Shown: positions 1 through 13,037, numbered from the whole stretch's first letter. The stretch: 59,421 bases of DNA, filler included, from Sphacelaria rigidula (GCA_964200075.2; 9 parts of 9 records of this genome joined end to end with filler, not necessarily neighbours in it); one strand, 5' to 3'. Made by a program: numbers and translations. Notes: generated by a model from the letters alone, not told the origin.

Positions 1-66
1 CCACATATCCCGAAAGGGGTAGACTGGCGTCCAGAATAAATGGGACGACAACACACAAACACACAC
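1..66 (+). mobile_element. 3' end of tRNA-derived SINE with (CA)n tail, truncated by contig start
   Basis: AGACTGGCGTCCAGAATAAATGGGACGACAACACACA is the reverse complement of the SINE tail at 41128-41170 and 50089-50130. Confidence 0.7.
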
Positions 67-69
67 TGC

Positions 70-2455
70 CGCATTCGCCTTGCTGCCGTCCCAAGGCACC
101 ACGCGCCAGCTCTTGCAACCCTATCCTATCAGGCACGTGCGCATTCCGATGATCCTGTCTTCGGTTGAGCCCGCCGTGGGGCGAAGCCCGTCTCCCTCGC
201 CCGACCTTCTTCCACGCGCCGCCATCCCGATGCCACCGGTCGATTCCCCGTCCCCATTGGCGGCGCCCTCGCCATCATTTCCACCACCAAGGTCAGCATT
301 CCGCACGCACGGCGCCGACGTCTGCGAGGGCGAAAAAGACGTGCTGCCATTGTAACTGACGGGCTCAGGGACCCCAGCGTCAGTCGCGTGGGCCCCGCCG
401 GATCGATCCGCAACACTGCCGCTACCCCCGCTGACGGTACTCTCGTCATCACCCCTCCCAATTTGTTGTACAATAAGTCGTGTCTTCATCGGCATTTATC
501 ACACTACCGACAGTGCTCAAAGTCGAGGGACAAGCAGCACAGTTGGCTTCGCTGAATCTGTTTAATTTTTAATTTTCCGCTTTCTTCGGCAGCGGTGCCC
601 CTAGCCCCCGCCACACGCCTGCTGCCGCCGCCGCCGCTCCTCGTCTCACCGCTCCCACCAGCATCACTGCTGCCTCCCTCCATAGCCCTTCCGATCCGTC
701 AACATACCCCGCTCGCATCATTCTCACCGGGCGCCCCCGGTTTCGATGAACGGGCGTAGTTGAGGGAAGGCGGTGACAGGCGGAAACGTTAAAACGGTGA
801 TGTTTGGCGGTGGAGGACGGTTCTTGGCATAGATATGCTGTGACGACCGCGCCAGGGCATCCGGCCACTCGCCGAGGTCGGGGTTAATGATTTGCACTAT
901 TGTGCTGGTAGCCGCGGGCTGGGTCATCAAAGACGAATGGGCGTTTTTGTATGACCGAAGCTCGGAGGTCATCCTCGCATACACTGTAGCACCTCCGTCC
1001 GCTCGGCACACGCCTTCTCTGCACCAGATGCCTCTACATGGGCGCCCGACAAGCGCCCAAACACCTCTCCTGTCAAACCCGCTCGATCCGGCAAGGATAT
1101 TTTGTCACTCGCACCAGAACCCGCCGTGCCGTGCGGCATAGTGGCCGCGACGTTGATGGCCGAAACCGTTTGGAACGTCCTCGCAATCTCCGGCGACACG
1201 TGGAACAATGTGCCCAGTTCCCCTTGCAATTCGCCTGGGGCGAAGGACTTCGCTGGGGGTTCACGGTCAGGAGCCACAACTTGCGCGGATGCGTCTTGCC
1301 ATAACTGTACGCAATCCCGCAGTTCATACTTGCGTCCATGCTCCACCTCAGCTCAGGTTGCCGCTTCATTTGAAGCGCCCCACGGCTCAAAATTCACTGA
1401 GCCGACCCCGCTCCCACCCAAATGTCCAGCTTTGGCGAGGTTTGATGTCTACGGGTTGACACTGCCCCACTCGCCAGTGGAGACGACCGGTACGGCCAGT
1501 ACCGACCCCGGCGTACCCAAGTTGCGGGGTGCACCGTAACCCCTGCCAGGGCCTGAGAATTCCCCGTGCCGTCCGACTGGCGCACCCGACCACTCGGGTC
1601 GTCCAGCCGAGATGACTGACCATAGCACTGCTGGACGGCTTCGCGATGACGGTGTCTTGTCACTAGTTACACAGCTGAGCGGCCGAGCCGCGTCTACAAC
1701 ACTACCCCTAACCGCCGCCGCGTGAGGAAAACTGACGTCGTCGGGGCGGCTGATGGATTTATAGCACCTGGGAGGGCCAGCCGGTTCAACGCTTCATCCA
1801 CCGGACAAATCGCACAGCAATCAAGTCGGACGAATCGTCAAGCTTTCCACACGCGCGTTGGTGTTGTCCAATTCGGTTTCTGTACGATCGACGCCGTTGC
1901 TCACGTTGTCCAGACTGTCGCCCATATCACCAACTTGATTGTCTGACGTGTCGATTGTTTTAACTGTAGCTCGCGGAAGGCCCACAGCTCGATCCACCCC
2001 GACAGCGAAGAACCGTCACCACCTGTAACGGATGCGGAACTATCCCCGTGTTGGAATTGCATTGACGCGGGCGTGAGCAGTCGAGCGGTAGACCGCCGGC
2101 TGGGTGATCGCTCTCTCCCACCTACCTTGTGTTTGCCCGTCACGCCTGCCCCAGCAGTCTGAGCTGATACCGCTTATGCCGACGACATGTCAAACAGTAA
2201 GAACTCAGACAACAACGATTCAAGATGCTGTCACTTGCCCATGTACCTTGCTGCTTCCACCATACTTGATCGTCCCACCTGACTCATTCCACAGGGAATC
2301 GTTCAGGCCAATATGTCCTGAAATGGCTTTTAGAACCTTCCGACAACAATACTATCTGCGAGAATTCTGCCCGCTCCTGCACAAGACATCGGTTCTTCCC
2401 GGACATATAATCGACCCTTTTTGGACAAAACGGCTGGTGATCGATCTCTGCGACA
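70..2455 (-). mobile_element. Degenerate LTR-retrotransposon-like remnant (short LTR candidate plus gag-like region)
   Basis: 2229-2455 is bounded by TGTCAC...GCGACA and preceded on the minus strand by a G-rich tract. Downstream minus-strand frames are stop-interrupted, with a coiled-coil-like start (DNQVGDMGDSLDNVSNGVDRTETELDN) and an end ...KKAEN* (GGAAAATTAA) resembling a Gypsy gag end. No diagnostic catalytic motif seen. Confidence 0.35.
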
Positions 2456-3649
2456 CCCCCCCTCACCCACTCACCCAAAGACTATGGCATGCATGATCAT
2501 AAGTACACCCATCCACCCCAAAAAGGAAAGAATCCCCAAAATCACTTTTGCAGAGGGGAATGTCGCTGTTGACATGGACGTGTGCAAAGGCTTGCCAGAC
2601 AAGTCAACACAATCAAACGTGCACTTGAGGATCGCAAGGTTCCGCAAGCCAAAAAGACACGGCTCATAGCTGTTCAATCAGCTGAGCACGTTGTTTTGTG
2701 ACCTTGCTCAATTCTGTTGAGATTTCAATGAGAAACGATGATTTGCGTGAGACGCGCGCATGACACACGCACACGAACCGACAGCAACGAACATTTTCAG
2801 TTGTAATTTGATACACGCGGATGCCTTTCCCTCCAATACAGAACGGATTTCCGTCGAACAAATACGGTCGTGTGTAGATGAGCAAGAGCTAGCCCTAAAG
2901 GTTATGCGCCTGAGTCGTGGATGTCTGTGCGTATTTTTCCGGGACTCGGCGTGTAGGTGGTGTGTTCCTTGTTGCGTCTTGTCCGTAGCAGTACAGAGAT
3001 GTTGGACTAACCACCACTTCCAGAATCGCCGCATTTCTTAACCTGTTTGGGGGTCTGGGCTTCGATCGGGATAAAACTGCTTCTCGACAAGATTCAACTT
3101 CTGTGGGGGCAGTCATCAATCATGTTTCTTTTAATGAAATGATTACTTTCGACAGGAAATCGCGTGGCATGAAGTTTTGTGGGGTTTGCATGATTCTGTG
3201 AACAGGTGGTATCTGGCGTGATGGTCTGCAAGAGAGGAGTCGAGTGCCCCTTCGTTATTTCACGCCCCATGTTTTCGATCGAGGAGGCTCATATATATAT
3301 ATATATATATTTTTTTACTTCTCGTTCGCATGCGAATAGATATGGAGAGGAGTTCTCGCAGCATCAGAACATGGATGGCGTGGGTGTATCAGATACAATT
3401 TTTGCTTTTCCGCCACACTATTTCGATAACTTGCTTTTATAATCGCGTGTCTTGAGGCATGTCTCATGGTTGTTTTTTGCGATTGAAAACGCGCGGTGGA
3501 GAACGAAACATTCCATGTGATGGGTCATTTCAACGTGAACGACGTGAACATAACTGACCATCTGTCGGATCGACGTTTTCCCTTTCCGCCTAACTTTTTC
3601 GATCGCAATATAATCTGGTAAGACGCATTCTGAGAGTCATCGTGGCTTA

Positions 3650-4915
3650 TTTATTTATTTATTGATTATCGCACATCAACTGATCACCCGGGAGTCATGA
3701 TCCAGCCGTAGTCATTATCCACATGGTGGACGTCCTCGAGATGAAACGAGACGGAAACACGCGCTGAGGGGAAATGCAGGACGCGGACAGGTAAAATAGA
3801 CATGAAGAGTACACTAGAAGATAGAAACAAAAGCAAATGAAACGGAGACAGTAAAGAAGAAACTAGATATGGCGGTCCTCTGCAACATGGCTTCAGTTAG
3901 GAGAGGTCTCACGCAACAGCACACGGGTTCATACCCCCCAAAAAAATGAAGAGAAATACGTGGGGACAGGTTGCGGCTTATCTGCTTCGCATAGACTGTT
4001 TTGGGTGCGAGCGCTTACTCATGAACGCTACGGGAGCGAGGCACCAAAGTGCGACTTTCATACACCAGGAGGGAAAAGCACACGTGAAGAAAGATGGGGA
4101 GGGAAAGAACAAGGGGAAGTACAGAGGTGTTTGAACCCAAGGAAACGGCAAAGTACAGCAGGTACGAACACACGAAGCAGAGGACACCGCGAGACCACCA
4201 ACCAAGGACAAAAATAAGAACAAAATCAATGACTGATAGAGAAGGACAAGGGTGCACCAGTTTCTGTGTTAGTCCAGCTCCCCCTGTTTATCCCTCTTGA
4301 CAGTTTGGCACAGAGCGGGCCATTCTCTCGGTCATTTCCATCCTCGACTGCTCGCGAGCTGTTGCTCTTGTTGTGTTAGCGGTGGCAGCTCTCCGATTGC
4401 CGGCTCTCGACGCAGCAGCCACTCGTTTGTGGCGTATGTCTGATTCATATGCGTCTTAGCGTCGCCACGTCTCCTCGAAGTCTTCCACCCCTCTGTCAAC
4501 TCCAAGGTGCAATTTGCCCGTGTTCTTCGCAGCAGTGACCCGGTCGTGGGCGTCGTTAACCTGCTCACCGTAGATGAACCATTTCCCCTGTGCCCCGTTG
4601 CCTGGAAGAGCCCCGAGTGCACGTAAAATTCCGGGAGGTTGTCCCCCCAAGTTTTGAGGTGGCGGCCAACCCTCGTGGGCCCTGTCGCGACTAAACGTCC
4701 GTGCATCATACATTTTGGAAGTCTGTTTCGTCCTCCCCTGCGAAGGCCCCCGCGAACTGCAGCTGACGCTCGCGAATGGTCGTCCCGACATGTTCGCACT
4801 TGGTCGTCTCGAGCACAGCTCTGCGCGAAATAGTCTTCGTCGCCCGTTCGGTTTTTCCTGCGGAGTCCGACCACTCGCAGCAACAGCTCACGCAGACTGT
4901 TGGAGTCCTCGGACT
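3650..4915 (-). mobile_element. 5'-truncated RTE-like LINE (ORF2 C-terminus, pyrimidine-rich 3'UTR, AATC/AATA tail)
   Basis: Frameshifted LLLRVVGLRR...IRERQLQFAGAF...RLPKCMMHGRL...TAAKNTGKLH, homologous to 38100-38500. It ends in the shared 3' motif GTGCGATAATCAATAAATAAAT at ~3650-3715. Confidence 0.75.
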
Positions 4916-6514
4916 GGACGCCGGGAGAAACAGCGCAATCGAGATACCAACCAGAACAGACTGCGATCGTATAACAGGGTATTCTGACAAAAGGCAGCGA
5001 ACGTTTCACAAAAGGCAGCGAACGTTTCACACGTCGGAAAACTCAACTCAGGTTGACTTTAGTGAACTTTGCCCCCATAACTCATCTGTGAGCTAAAGCT
5101 CCACAACTCAGCGGTGCATATAGTCAAACTTTAGACAAAAACAACATCAATTGACTGCGATTTTTCGAGAATTATCGGATACCACATCTCATCACGGTTC
5201 CCGTTCGACCCCATACTTGAGGAATCGAGAGATTCGAGTACCCAACACAATTTTCGAAACAATGTACAAAATACACGACCGATTTTCGAGCAAGGTCCGG
5301 GGTCACCGGTCTTTGACAGCCATACAAGTGTACCGCCGCCGGTTTTAGCCCTCTGGTTTTTTCTCTCGACCGAACCGATCTGGATTGTTGTAATAAATTA
5401 TTATAAATTCATGGACGCCTTAACCCGTGCCAGGAACCCCCATGAAGATTGCTCATATCAAATGCTGTAGGGGGTATGAACCTTGCGCAACCCCGAGCAC
5501 CGCAAGAGGAAGCGAGCGACCGAGGGAGAGGGGGGAGAAGAAAAAATCGCGAGACGGCGGAAAATGAGGGAGAGAAAAAATGAAAATTGGGGTGAAAATA
5601 AAAACGAGGCTGGCGGGAGAGAAGATAAGGTACCTTTTCGCCTGATTTCGAGCCCCCAAGAGGTGTTGACGTTCCCAAATAAAAGTTGTCTCTCCATTTT
5701 TCTTTGCTGTGGTACACACCTGTCACACAGCCCGGACCTGAATCACGCGCTTACATAAACTTTTGATATCATTGTCGCAGAGATGAAGGATGAACATTTC
5801 GAGCCGTAGCTCTTGATTAAATGCGTACGGCGTTTTGGCTCGGGGAAAATCGGGTCAAAGTTGAACGAGACACGATGACTCATGTTAGGGGATATTAGCA
5901 GTGAGACAAATCTTGGGACTTTTTTCTTTTCACTTTTCCGCAAAACCGTTCAATGATCCGTTGCTACTCGTCAATGTTCTCCAGCTTCCCTAGAGAAATT
6001 AGTGGCGTTTAGTCCGGATCCACTGGTGAGTCTTGAGGGAAAATAGGCCAAACCCACCTCCCGCTCGCGAACTTCGGATAAACATAATGTACACTTTTTT
6101 TTTTTTTTATCAAAATGACCCATAGTGGAGCACTGTAGCTAACAGCCCGATTGTGTGGTCGAGTGATCAACATGAGCATGGAGGATCTTTCAAAGTTGCC
6201 AACCAAACTCCGGGCATTGCTGAGATCCTTCAAAAACTTCAAGTTGCTGTGACCGTAACGTGCTGGGGGCGGGAAATATGTACACGTAGGGCTGTGAACT
6301 TGTAGCTCTGGCCAGTTGAGTCTGAATTGGCCAAGCCAGCGGCCAGTAGATGGATGTGTTTTCAGTTACCCGTTGGTCGATTAAGTAAAGAAAACGTCGG
6401 CGGTAAGCGACGAAGCAGCGAGGCCCAACGACCCCCCCCCCCCCCCCCCCCCCCGGGGGGCCCGCCCGAGAAGGAAGGGGGGGGCAGGGGGCAACGCCCA
6501 CGTGAAGGGGTCAG

Positions 6515-6614
6515 NNNNNNNNNNNNNNNNNNNNNNNNNNNNNNNNNNNNNNNNNNNNTTAATTAATTAANNNNNNNNNNNNNNNNNNNNNNNNNNNNNN
6601 NNNNNNNNNNNNNN
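6515..6614. other. Artificial contig linker N44-TTAATTAATTAA-N44 (also 13129-13228, 19743-19842, 26357-26456, 32970-33069, 39583-39682, 46196-46295, 52809-52908)
   Basis: Eight identical 100-bp spacers with stops in all six frames. They separate segments of exactly 6514 (x4) then 6513 (x5) bp. Confidence 0.98.
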
Positions 6615-6748
6615 CAAGACGGCTGTTTGGCCTCGCGACCCGGGGGATTTCAGCCCGCGTTTCCCCCCCCCCCAAGCTCCCACCGACCCCCCCCCCCCCC
6701 CCCCCCCCGCATTATCTACCGTCAGTCGAAACTGAAAATCTTGTCGAA

Positions 6749-7512
6749 CTACCGGTACCGATTGTACTTTATCATAACTGTGGATTCGAGCCGGTCAACG
6801 CCTTCTCCTGCGGGGAGTTCAAGCACCCCCTCAAAATCGAAAGCACTCCCTCCATAGACGCGGACGATGGCTGAATAAGTACAATATCCATGGCCACGAG
6901 ATACCAACTGGGAAGCCTGTTCTTGTTGTCGTCTGAAAACGACCGTACACCGTACTCCGAGGGCGCGCCTGAGGCCGCGACCAAAACGTCGTCCTTCTCG
7001 GACAGTAGGCCCGTCATGACCTCGTGAGTTACAATCGCTACCATCACTCGTTATCACTTCTCTCTGTTGGTGCTGCTGTTACTACTGCTGTCTGCTGTAC
7101 AAAGTACAAAGTGTAAGTGTATAATTTATTTAGTATATTGTCATATTTTTGAAAGCAACACAGTACCATGTGTGTTAAATGTAAAGCGGAGCAGTCTGCT
7201 CATGAGACCCGCAACAAAATAGGAACACGAAACGTAACCATGGAAAATTGAAAATTGAAGTATTGCGTGTTGGAGCCCGAAGCCTGAAGCCTGACGCCTG
7301 TCGGCCTGTCTGGTGACGAGTTACGCCACATGGAGCATTTGCGAGCAAAAATATCGCAAGTTTATGCGCATTTTATGCGCGTTTATGCGCGTTTTAAGCA
7401 AGTTGAGCTCGTTTCGAGCATATTAAGCCGATTATAAGCTTTGCGCTAAACACGCCTATTTAAGCTCGAAAAAACGAAATTAAGCTAAACTTTATGCGCG
7501 CATACGGAACTA
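6749..7512 (-). mobile_element. Internally deleted hAT element: C-terminal dimerisation-domain remnant plus one terminus
   Basis: LPSWYLVAMDIVLIQPSSASME..SILRG, then (frameshift) DRLESTVMIKYN, fits the hAT dimerisation motif PxSSAxxERxFS. Subterminal TTTATGCGC/TTAAGC repeats lie at 7360-7500, and the minus-strand end begins TAGTTCCGTATG at 7512. Confidence 0.65.
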
Positions 7513-8269
7513 AAGCCCGATGAATGCTGTCTTTTTGCTCGATTAATGAGTGATTATTCATCACATAGCTGACACTTTCTACGTTACCCCCCCCCCCCTC
7601 CCCCCAAACCAGCCCAAAAGTGTCACGAAAAAAATGGTCATACAGCGACTGATGTTTGGGCTCATATGGGCGACATTGGCGAGATCGAACCCAATCGTGG
7701 GCATTTCCAGCTGCTCGTTGTGCTCAGCTTCCTCCATTTCGATTTACGTGAAGTCTCCCCAAACCAGGCACGTTTTTGAGGGGGGGTGCTATCGTACAAA
7801 GTGTCACTGGTGAGGTGTAATTTTCAGGCTCTTACCCGTTCTGCTTTTTGTGTTGGCGGTCTCTGCTCCTACTATAACTTAGGGCAAGCATATGATGCCT
7901 CGAGAAGGCATCTCTGCTCATTGGCCATGCTACTTTGGAGTAGAATGAAATTTCTCAGACCTCTGCTGGTATATATGTGCCAACCATGCCTCTTTTCTAC
8001 CCCCCTTCCACATTTCGTTTCATGCGTGTTGTTTTTTTTGCGCGCTCAACTTTTTCTGATATCTTCGGGTTTGCGTAGCTTACGATTGAAACCGTGTGCT
8101 CCGAGTTGAACGCTAAGATGGTGGGCATAATGACCGCATACTCGTATTTAATTCAATACAGTAGAGGTGCCCGGGGTGCCCTCACGCCCTCTATTGACTC
8201 ATTGATTCAACTTTTCCTGCTTAAAATGGAAGTACACGTGGTGGCATGTGCTCGTTATTCCTGTTATGA

Positions 8270-8655
8270 CGCGGAATTTCACAAATCGCGGATGGATTGT
8301 TTTCAAGGACCCGCCTCGGGAACGTTCACAAGTGAGCATCGAAATACTTTCGGGGGATGACGCAAATGCGTTCTTCGGCCGTGGTGCGTGTCCTCACTCC
8401 CTTGAAAAACACAGCAAGGCGTACAATCCCGTGTTTTTCCGAGCAATTTTGAACTAACTCCGTTCGTTCCCATTTTTCAGAACCCCGTGTTAGCACGGGA
8501 TTTTACAAATTGCGGATAAATTCATTTTATTGGGATGAGCCAGGCCGCACATCACGGCTAGAGAGGGCGTTTGCACTCTTTTTCGAAATATTTCGATTCT
8601 TACGAAAGTAGGTTCCCAAGGCTCATCCTTGAAAGAAAATCCATCCGCAATTTCA
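8270..8655. repeat. ~385-bp imperfect palindrome of a foldback DNA-transposon family (second copy 24640-25037)
   Basis: Arms AAATCGCGGATGGATTGTTTTCAAGGA...GGCCGTG and CACGGC...TCCTTGAAAGAAAATCCATCCGCAATTT. Homologous to 24640-25037 on another contig. Confidence 0.7.
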
Positions 8656-9295
8656 ACTGTGCGAAGTCCCATGTTTTATGCTCCTGATTCCGCTGGAAAC
8701 GCTCCGAGTATTATAGTTCTGGCGACGCTTCTTTTGTCGAACCTGGTTTTGGTTATGCTCCTTTTTTTTGTTCAAATTTACTCATATTTCTGCGGTCAGA
8801 ATGAATAAGACCCTGCTGGTTGTGGGGTTTTGTAAAACCCAGACACGTTTATTTCTCCTGGGCTGAGAGGCCTTGAATACAGTAGGCCAACTTTGATGAG
8901 GAATGAAGCCAAAATAGCCCACTTTTCATGCCTCCGGCGGCGCCTCCCGCGAACCCCCCTCGCCAGCCGGGGGGGGGGGGAGGGGGGGGCGGCTTTCGGG
9001 GCTCGCACTGCGAGCGGACTCGGCTTCGCCGAATCGAACGCTGGAAATGTCGATGTCGTGTCGAAGTAATAAATGGTTCGATATCCAACGCTAGAAACAG
9101 AGGTAAAACAAACGGAGTGAACTGTGTCGTGTGGTGTGGGTATTCGATACTGGAGATATTTCAAAACTCTGCAATATCTAGTTTTTTTTTTATCTCTCTG
9201 CGTTTTTTTACGTACGTGAAACATGTGCAGCATTGCTGGCGAGTCAAAATGAGCGCACAGCTAGTGGGCCGCTTTGCCGCGACTGAAATATATAC

Positions 9296-9664
9296 CAAGG
9301 TTGCGTTTGTAGGGTACAGATATGTTCGGTAAGACATGATGTTTCTTACAGAACTTGCAGAACCTGTCGGGTACAGTATAAAGGTTGTACAGGGACTCGT
9401 ACCCGCAACCGGGTATCTATGGGGGCATATACGCGTACCCCGAGTAAGGGTTGACACATGGTACGTAACATATGACCACGGCTGGACCCCTGGGGGTTCA
9501 GTCAAAGTGTAACAATCAATCAATCAATCAAACAAGCATACCGTGCAGATCTGTCAGTATCTGTGTGGGAGGCTCACAGAACTCACAGAACTGTCGGGTA
9601 CGGGTTACATCCGGGTGAATACCCCGGGTATGCAAGAAATCGTACCCTACTGGATACAACCTTG
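9296..9664. mobile_element. MITE with CAAGGTTG...GTAGGGTAC TIRs and internal ACAGAACT/GTCGGGTAC repeats; carries a short LINE-tail insertion
   Basis: TIRs CAAGGTTGCGTTTGTAGGGTAC and GTACCCTACTGGATACAACCTTG, with TA next to both ends. Partial second copy at 17195-17495. Confidence 0.75.
9473..9530 (+). mobile_element. Short 3'-end retroposon fragment with (AATC)n tail (other copies 16601-16665 +, 18305-18376 -, 25437-25524 -, ~49800-49870 -)
   Basis: Recurrent GACCACGGCTGGACCCCTGGGGGNTCAGTYAAAGTGYRACAATCAATCAATC. The same terminus ends the RTE-like LINE at 3650-4915. Confidence 0.8.
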
Positions 9665-10010
9665 TATCTACACCACAGCGCATCCCGCCCTCCAGAGTTT
9701 GTTCTGGACAGTAATACCGACATATTTGACCTGGTCTGATGTAACTGGCACCGACGTACTTGGTCGGATATAGTCTGATTTGTTTTGTCGCGCGTGTGGA
9801 CCATTCACGGCACTCCGTGCTTTGATATATTTGATAGATAGAGGCGCGCAGTGGGGAGGGCAGAGTACATACATGGGTGTTCAAACAGAGGCTAGCCTAG
9901 CAACCCGCAGCACAAATTTTTGAGCATATGTTGCGGACAGATTAGGTGGAGAGTGCTCATAGACTACACCAAAATGACGATTCTCGGGTAACAAGACCTA
10001 CAGTATCGTA

Positions 10011-10233
10011 CCCTTCGGCCGCCAGGGTGGATCCTCCTTTGAATTGGCATAATATAGCGTGGAGAATGACTGTGAGACCCGTATGATCCACCCTGGCGGT
10101 CATCCTTTGACCGCCAGGGTGGATCATGTGGGCCTCACAGCCATTCTCCAATCCATTTTCCAAGTTGGTCATTCTCCGAGTGAATACATTTTCGATTCGT
10201 CAGGTGACCCACTCTGACGGTCCAAAGGATTAA
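10011..10233. mobile_element. Two adjacent ~100-130 bp piggyBac-like MITEs
   Basis: CCCTTCGGCCGCCAGGGTGGATC...GATCCACCCTGGCGGTCA, then CCTTTGACCGCCAGGG...GGTCCAAAGGATTAA. Same family as 52349-52667. Confidence 0.6.
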
Positions 10234-11103
10234 GCAGATATGAGAGCTGTCCCTTTTGCGCTTCGGTCGACACATTCGAAGTGCTAGATTCAATTGCGAT
10301 GGTGCAGTTTTCAGATGAGTTTGTGTGTACAGTTATAAAATGGGGTCATAGGTGCGTCAGACGACCCAACACAATCGTGGTGCGCTTGTATTTGGGTAAA
10401 AGCGATGTCAAACAGAAGGAATGGGCGTTACAAATCGGAAGCAAGCGCGTTCGAACTACCGTTGCTGCTATCAACGACGATTGCAAGTAGAATTTCGTGG
10501 AAGAAAACGGGCCCAAAATACCCCCCACCTCCACCCCTGTCATAGCATGACTCAGGTAGTCGCACCTGTGCCGAGCCCTTCACGAACAAAACACAGGCTT
10601 CATCACTTATTAACTTGATTTAGTATGCGACAGCTGTAACATTTGAGATCGCGCGGTTCTCGACACAGGAAGCAAGGCCGCCCTCGGAACCTCACAACAC
10701 CCCGCATACACACAACAGCCTGGGAATCTCTTCGACACATTTTGCTACAATCGCGACGGCGGACCGGAAAAGCCCCCCCAACAGCCGAAAATACCTTATT
10801 TTTCTCTATGTTTGGGTTGCTGGCGGCTTAGTATCACGCTCAAAAGGGCGAACGCAGAGCAATTCCCTAGATAGGGTGTGTGGGAAGCGCACGCAAGAAA
10901 CCGTAGTCCAATCCTTCGCTTCGTTGCGGGGATGTAAGTGTTGCGAGATTGGCACAACAACATACTGCAACAAGAGAGGCACAACAACAACACGAGCATC
11001 AGTTATTATCCTCCTGTTGTTGTGAGCCTGTGTACAAGTGTACAGTGCAGAAACGTCAGTCGTGGGTTTGTTGTAGAATGTATTATAATTCGGCTTTTAC
11101 TTA

Positions 11104-12305
11104 CAAGTTGGGCCAGCCTAGAAACGGATTTAAGCTCTCAAAGCGATATCTCAACGACACAGACGAGTTGGGCCGTGATCTGCATATCGTATTAATCGTC
11201 TGATCAAGGGGAAGGTGCCCATCTGTTCAAAAATCTGGGCCAATTTTTTCTCGTCGAGTAAACCCCATGTATATTAATTTCTATACGTAGCGGAGATAGC
11301 GTCCACACTAAAATCTATATGAAATCCCGAACGATCGATCAAGCGGATGATGACGATTTTTGGTGTGGACCTTCCCTTGAGCACGGGGAGACGATATATA
11401 CCCTCACTTCACCTAATTCGTTATCTATCTCGAGATATGGCGCATATAATGTTATATACTAAAATCGGAATATTACGAGCAGAGCGACTAGATGACCTAA
11501 ATCTGGATATTGCGTCTCAGTTTTTGAGAGTGTACTATGAAATTTTGTGTGGAGAACCGCTAGTGCATAATGAAATTGAAAACACAGCTTTTCGGGGTTT
11601 GTTCGTTTTTTTCATCTTTTTTCGTGTTTGTAGGAGGGTTTTGAGAAGAAATGAACATTGCTCTTGGACCTGATCTCAATTTTTTAGTTCAATTTTTAAA
11701 ATCGTGATTTGAAACTTGGCATGGAAAACGACCTAGGTATGCTGAGTAAAAAAAATATTGTGCCTTGATTATTTTTGTCATGAGAGGTTCGGGTGTTCTC
11801 GTGGAAAAATGATCGTTACCACACTATTACGCTCTCAATCAGTGGAAAATAAAAATAAAACCCAACCTCACCCATTTTTCTTGGTTCATCACGACCTAGC
11901 AAGGTCCCGCACAAAGTTTCAACCCACAAACACCAAACGTCGGCCGATAAACAGCCTGCAAAATACTGTTCCGAATTTCCGCCGGCCCGGTTTTTCAGAG
12001 GTAAATTCGCAATTTTTTTCTTGGAGTTGGACAGTGACATTTGGTATGGACGACCAACAGGGCATGAAGAAAAGCTGTCTGTGAGATCGCGACGTTTTTT
12101 TTTTTGTAAATTAAGGGCAATAATCAGTTTTGAGGTTTTACCTAAAAAATGCCCTTAACTCACGAAAAAAAAAACGTCGGGACCCCACAGACAGCTTTTC
12201 TTCATGCCCTGTTGATGGTCCATACCAAATTTCACCTTCCCACTCCCAAAAAAAATGCTAGTTCGCCTGCAAAGTACAAATTCGCTTGTAGGCTGGCCCA
12301 GCCTG
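11104..12305 (+). mobile_element. 1.2-kb non-autonomous DNA transposon, TA target (Tc1/mariner-like), with internal ~200-bp palindrome
   Basis: TA|CAAGTTGGGCCAGCC...GGCTGGCCCAGCCTG|TA. Homologous along its length to 13473-14647 in reverse. Internal inverted repeat at ~12040-12233. Confidence 0.85.
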
Positions 12306-12887
12306 TATTTTGCTAGCACGGTTTTTGGAGAATTCGTTTATCTTGCAAATAATATCGAGTCGCTATTTTGTAAAACCGTGCTAGCATAATAAGTAAAAGC
12401 CTAATTATAATAGTGCATTTTGTATGAGCGTGGTCGTCATTTCGAGGTGACGCGTGCACTTGTGATTGATTCTGATTGGCTCATGTGGGCTTTATTTCTT
12501 CTGCGTACAGTATAGTCGGTGCGTACTTTCCCGAAATATAGTGCCCAAAATCGGCCCCCACTCCGACCCATAACAGTATTATATATATATATATATATAT
12601 TGCACGAGCTCGCGGATCATCAGATGGAATTTCGCCTGAAAAAAAAAAAACTCATGGGACGCGAGGCAGACACACGACAGTGATTTCTGCAGCTGTAGTG
12701 GTACGCACACCCTGTTGCCGTTGTTGCCTTCTTTTTGCTGCGTGGGGTAAAAAGAGCACGAGATACATACATACCCTTAACAGAGGATGCGAACCTTGTC
12801 CTCTGCTTTCGCTTTGTGTAATTTTGGTGTTCGTTTTCTCGGGTTTTTTTTTTTAATTTCATTTTGTTCCTGTCGCGTGTTCCTCAG

Positions 12888-13037
12888 GATAAACTGGATT
12901 CGTGGAGAATAGATTATGACTTTTCCTACGCAGGCAAGAGCACGGTCGGCCTACCCAGGGACGGGGACGTGGTGCCGTATGTACCCTCCGCGGTCGAGGC
13001 CTCCAGGGATACCCCCCCTGGTCGATACTCCAAAAAG
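12888..13037 (+). CDS. Candidate isolated exon (50 aa, phase 0-0); host gene or MULE-like transposase C-terminus
   Basis: Pyrimidine tract + CAG| ... AAG|GTATGT, 150 nt open: DKLDSWRIDYDFSYAGKSTVGLPRDGDVVPYVPSAVEASRDTPPGRYSKK. Confidence 0.5.
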
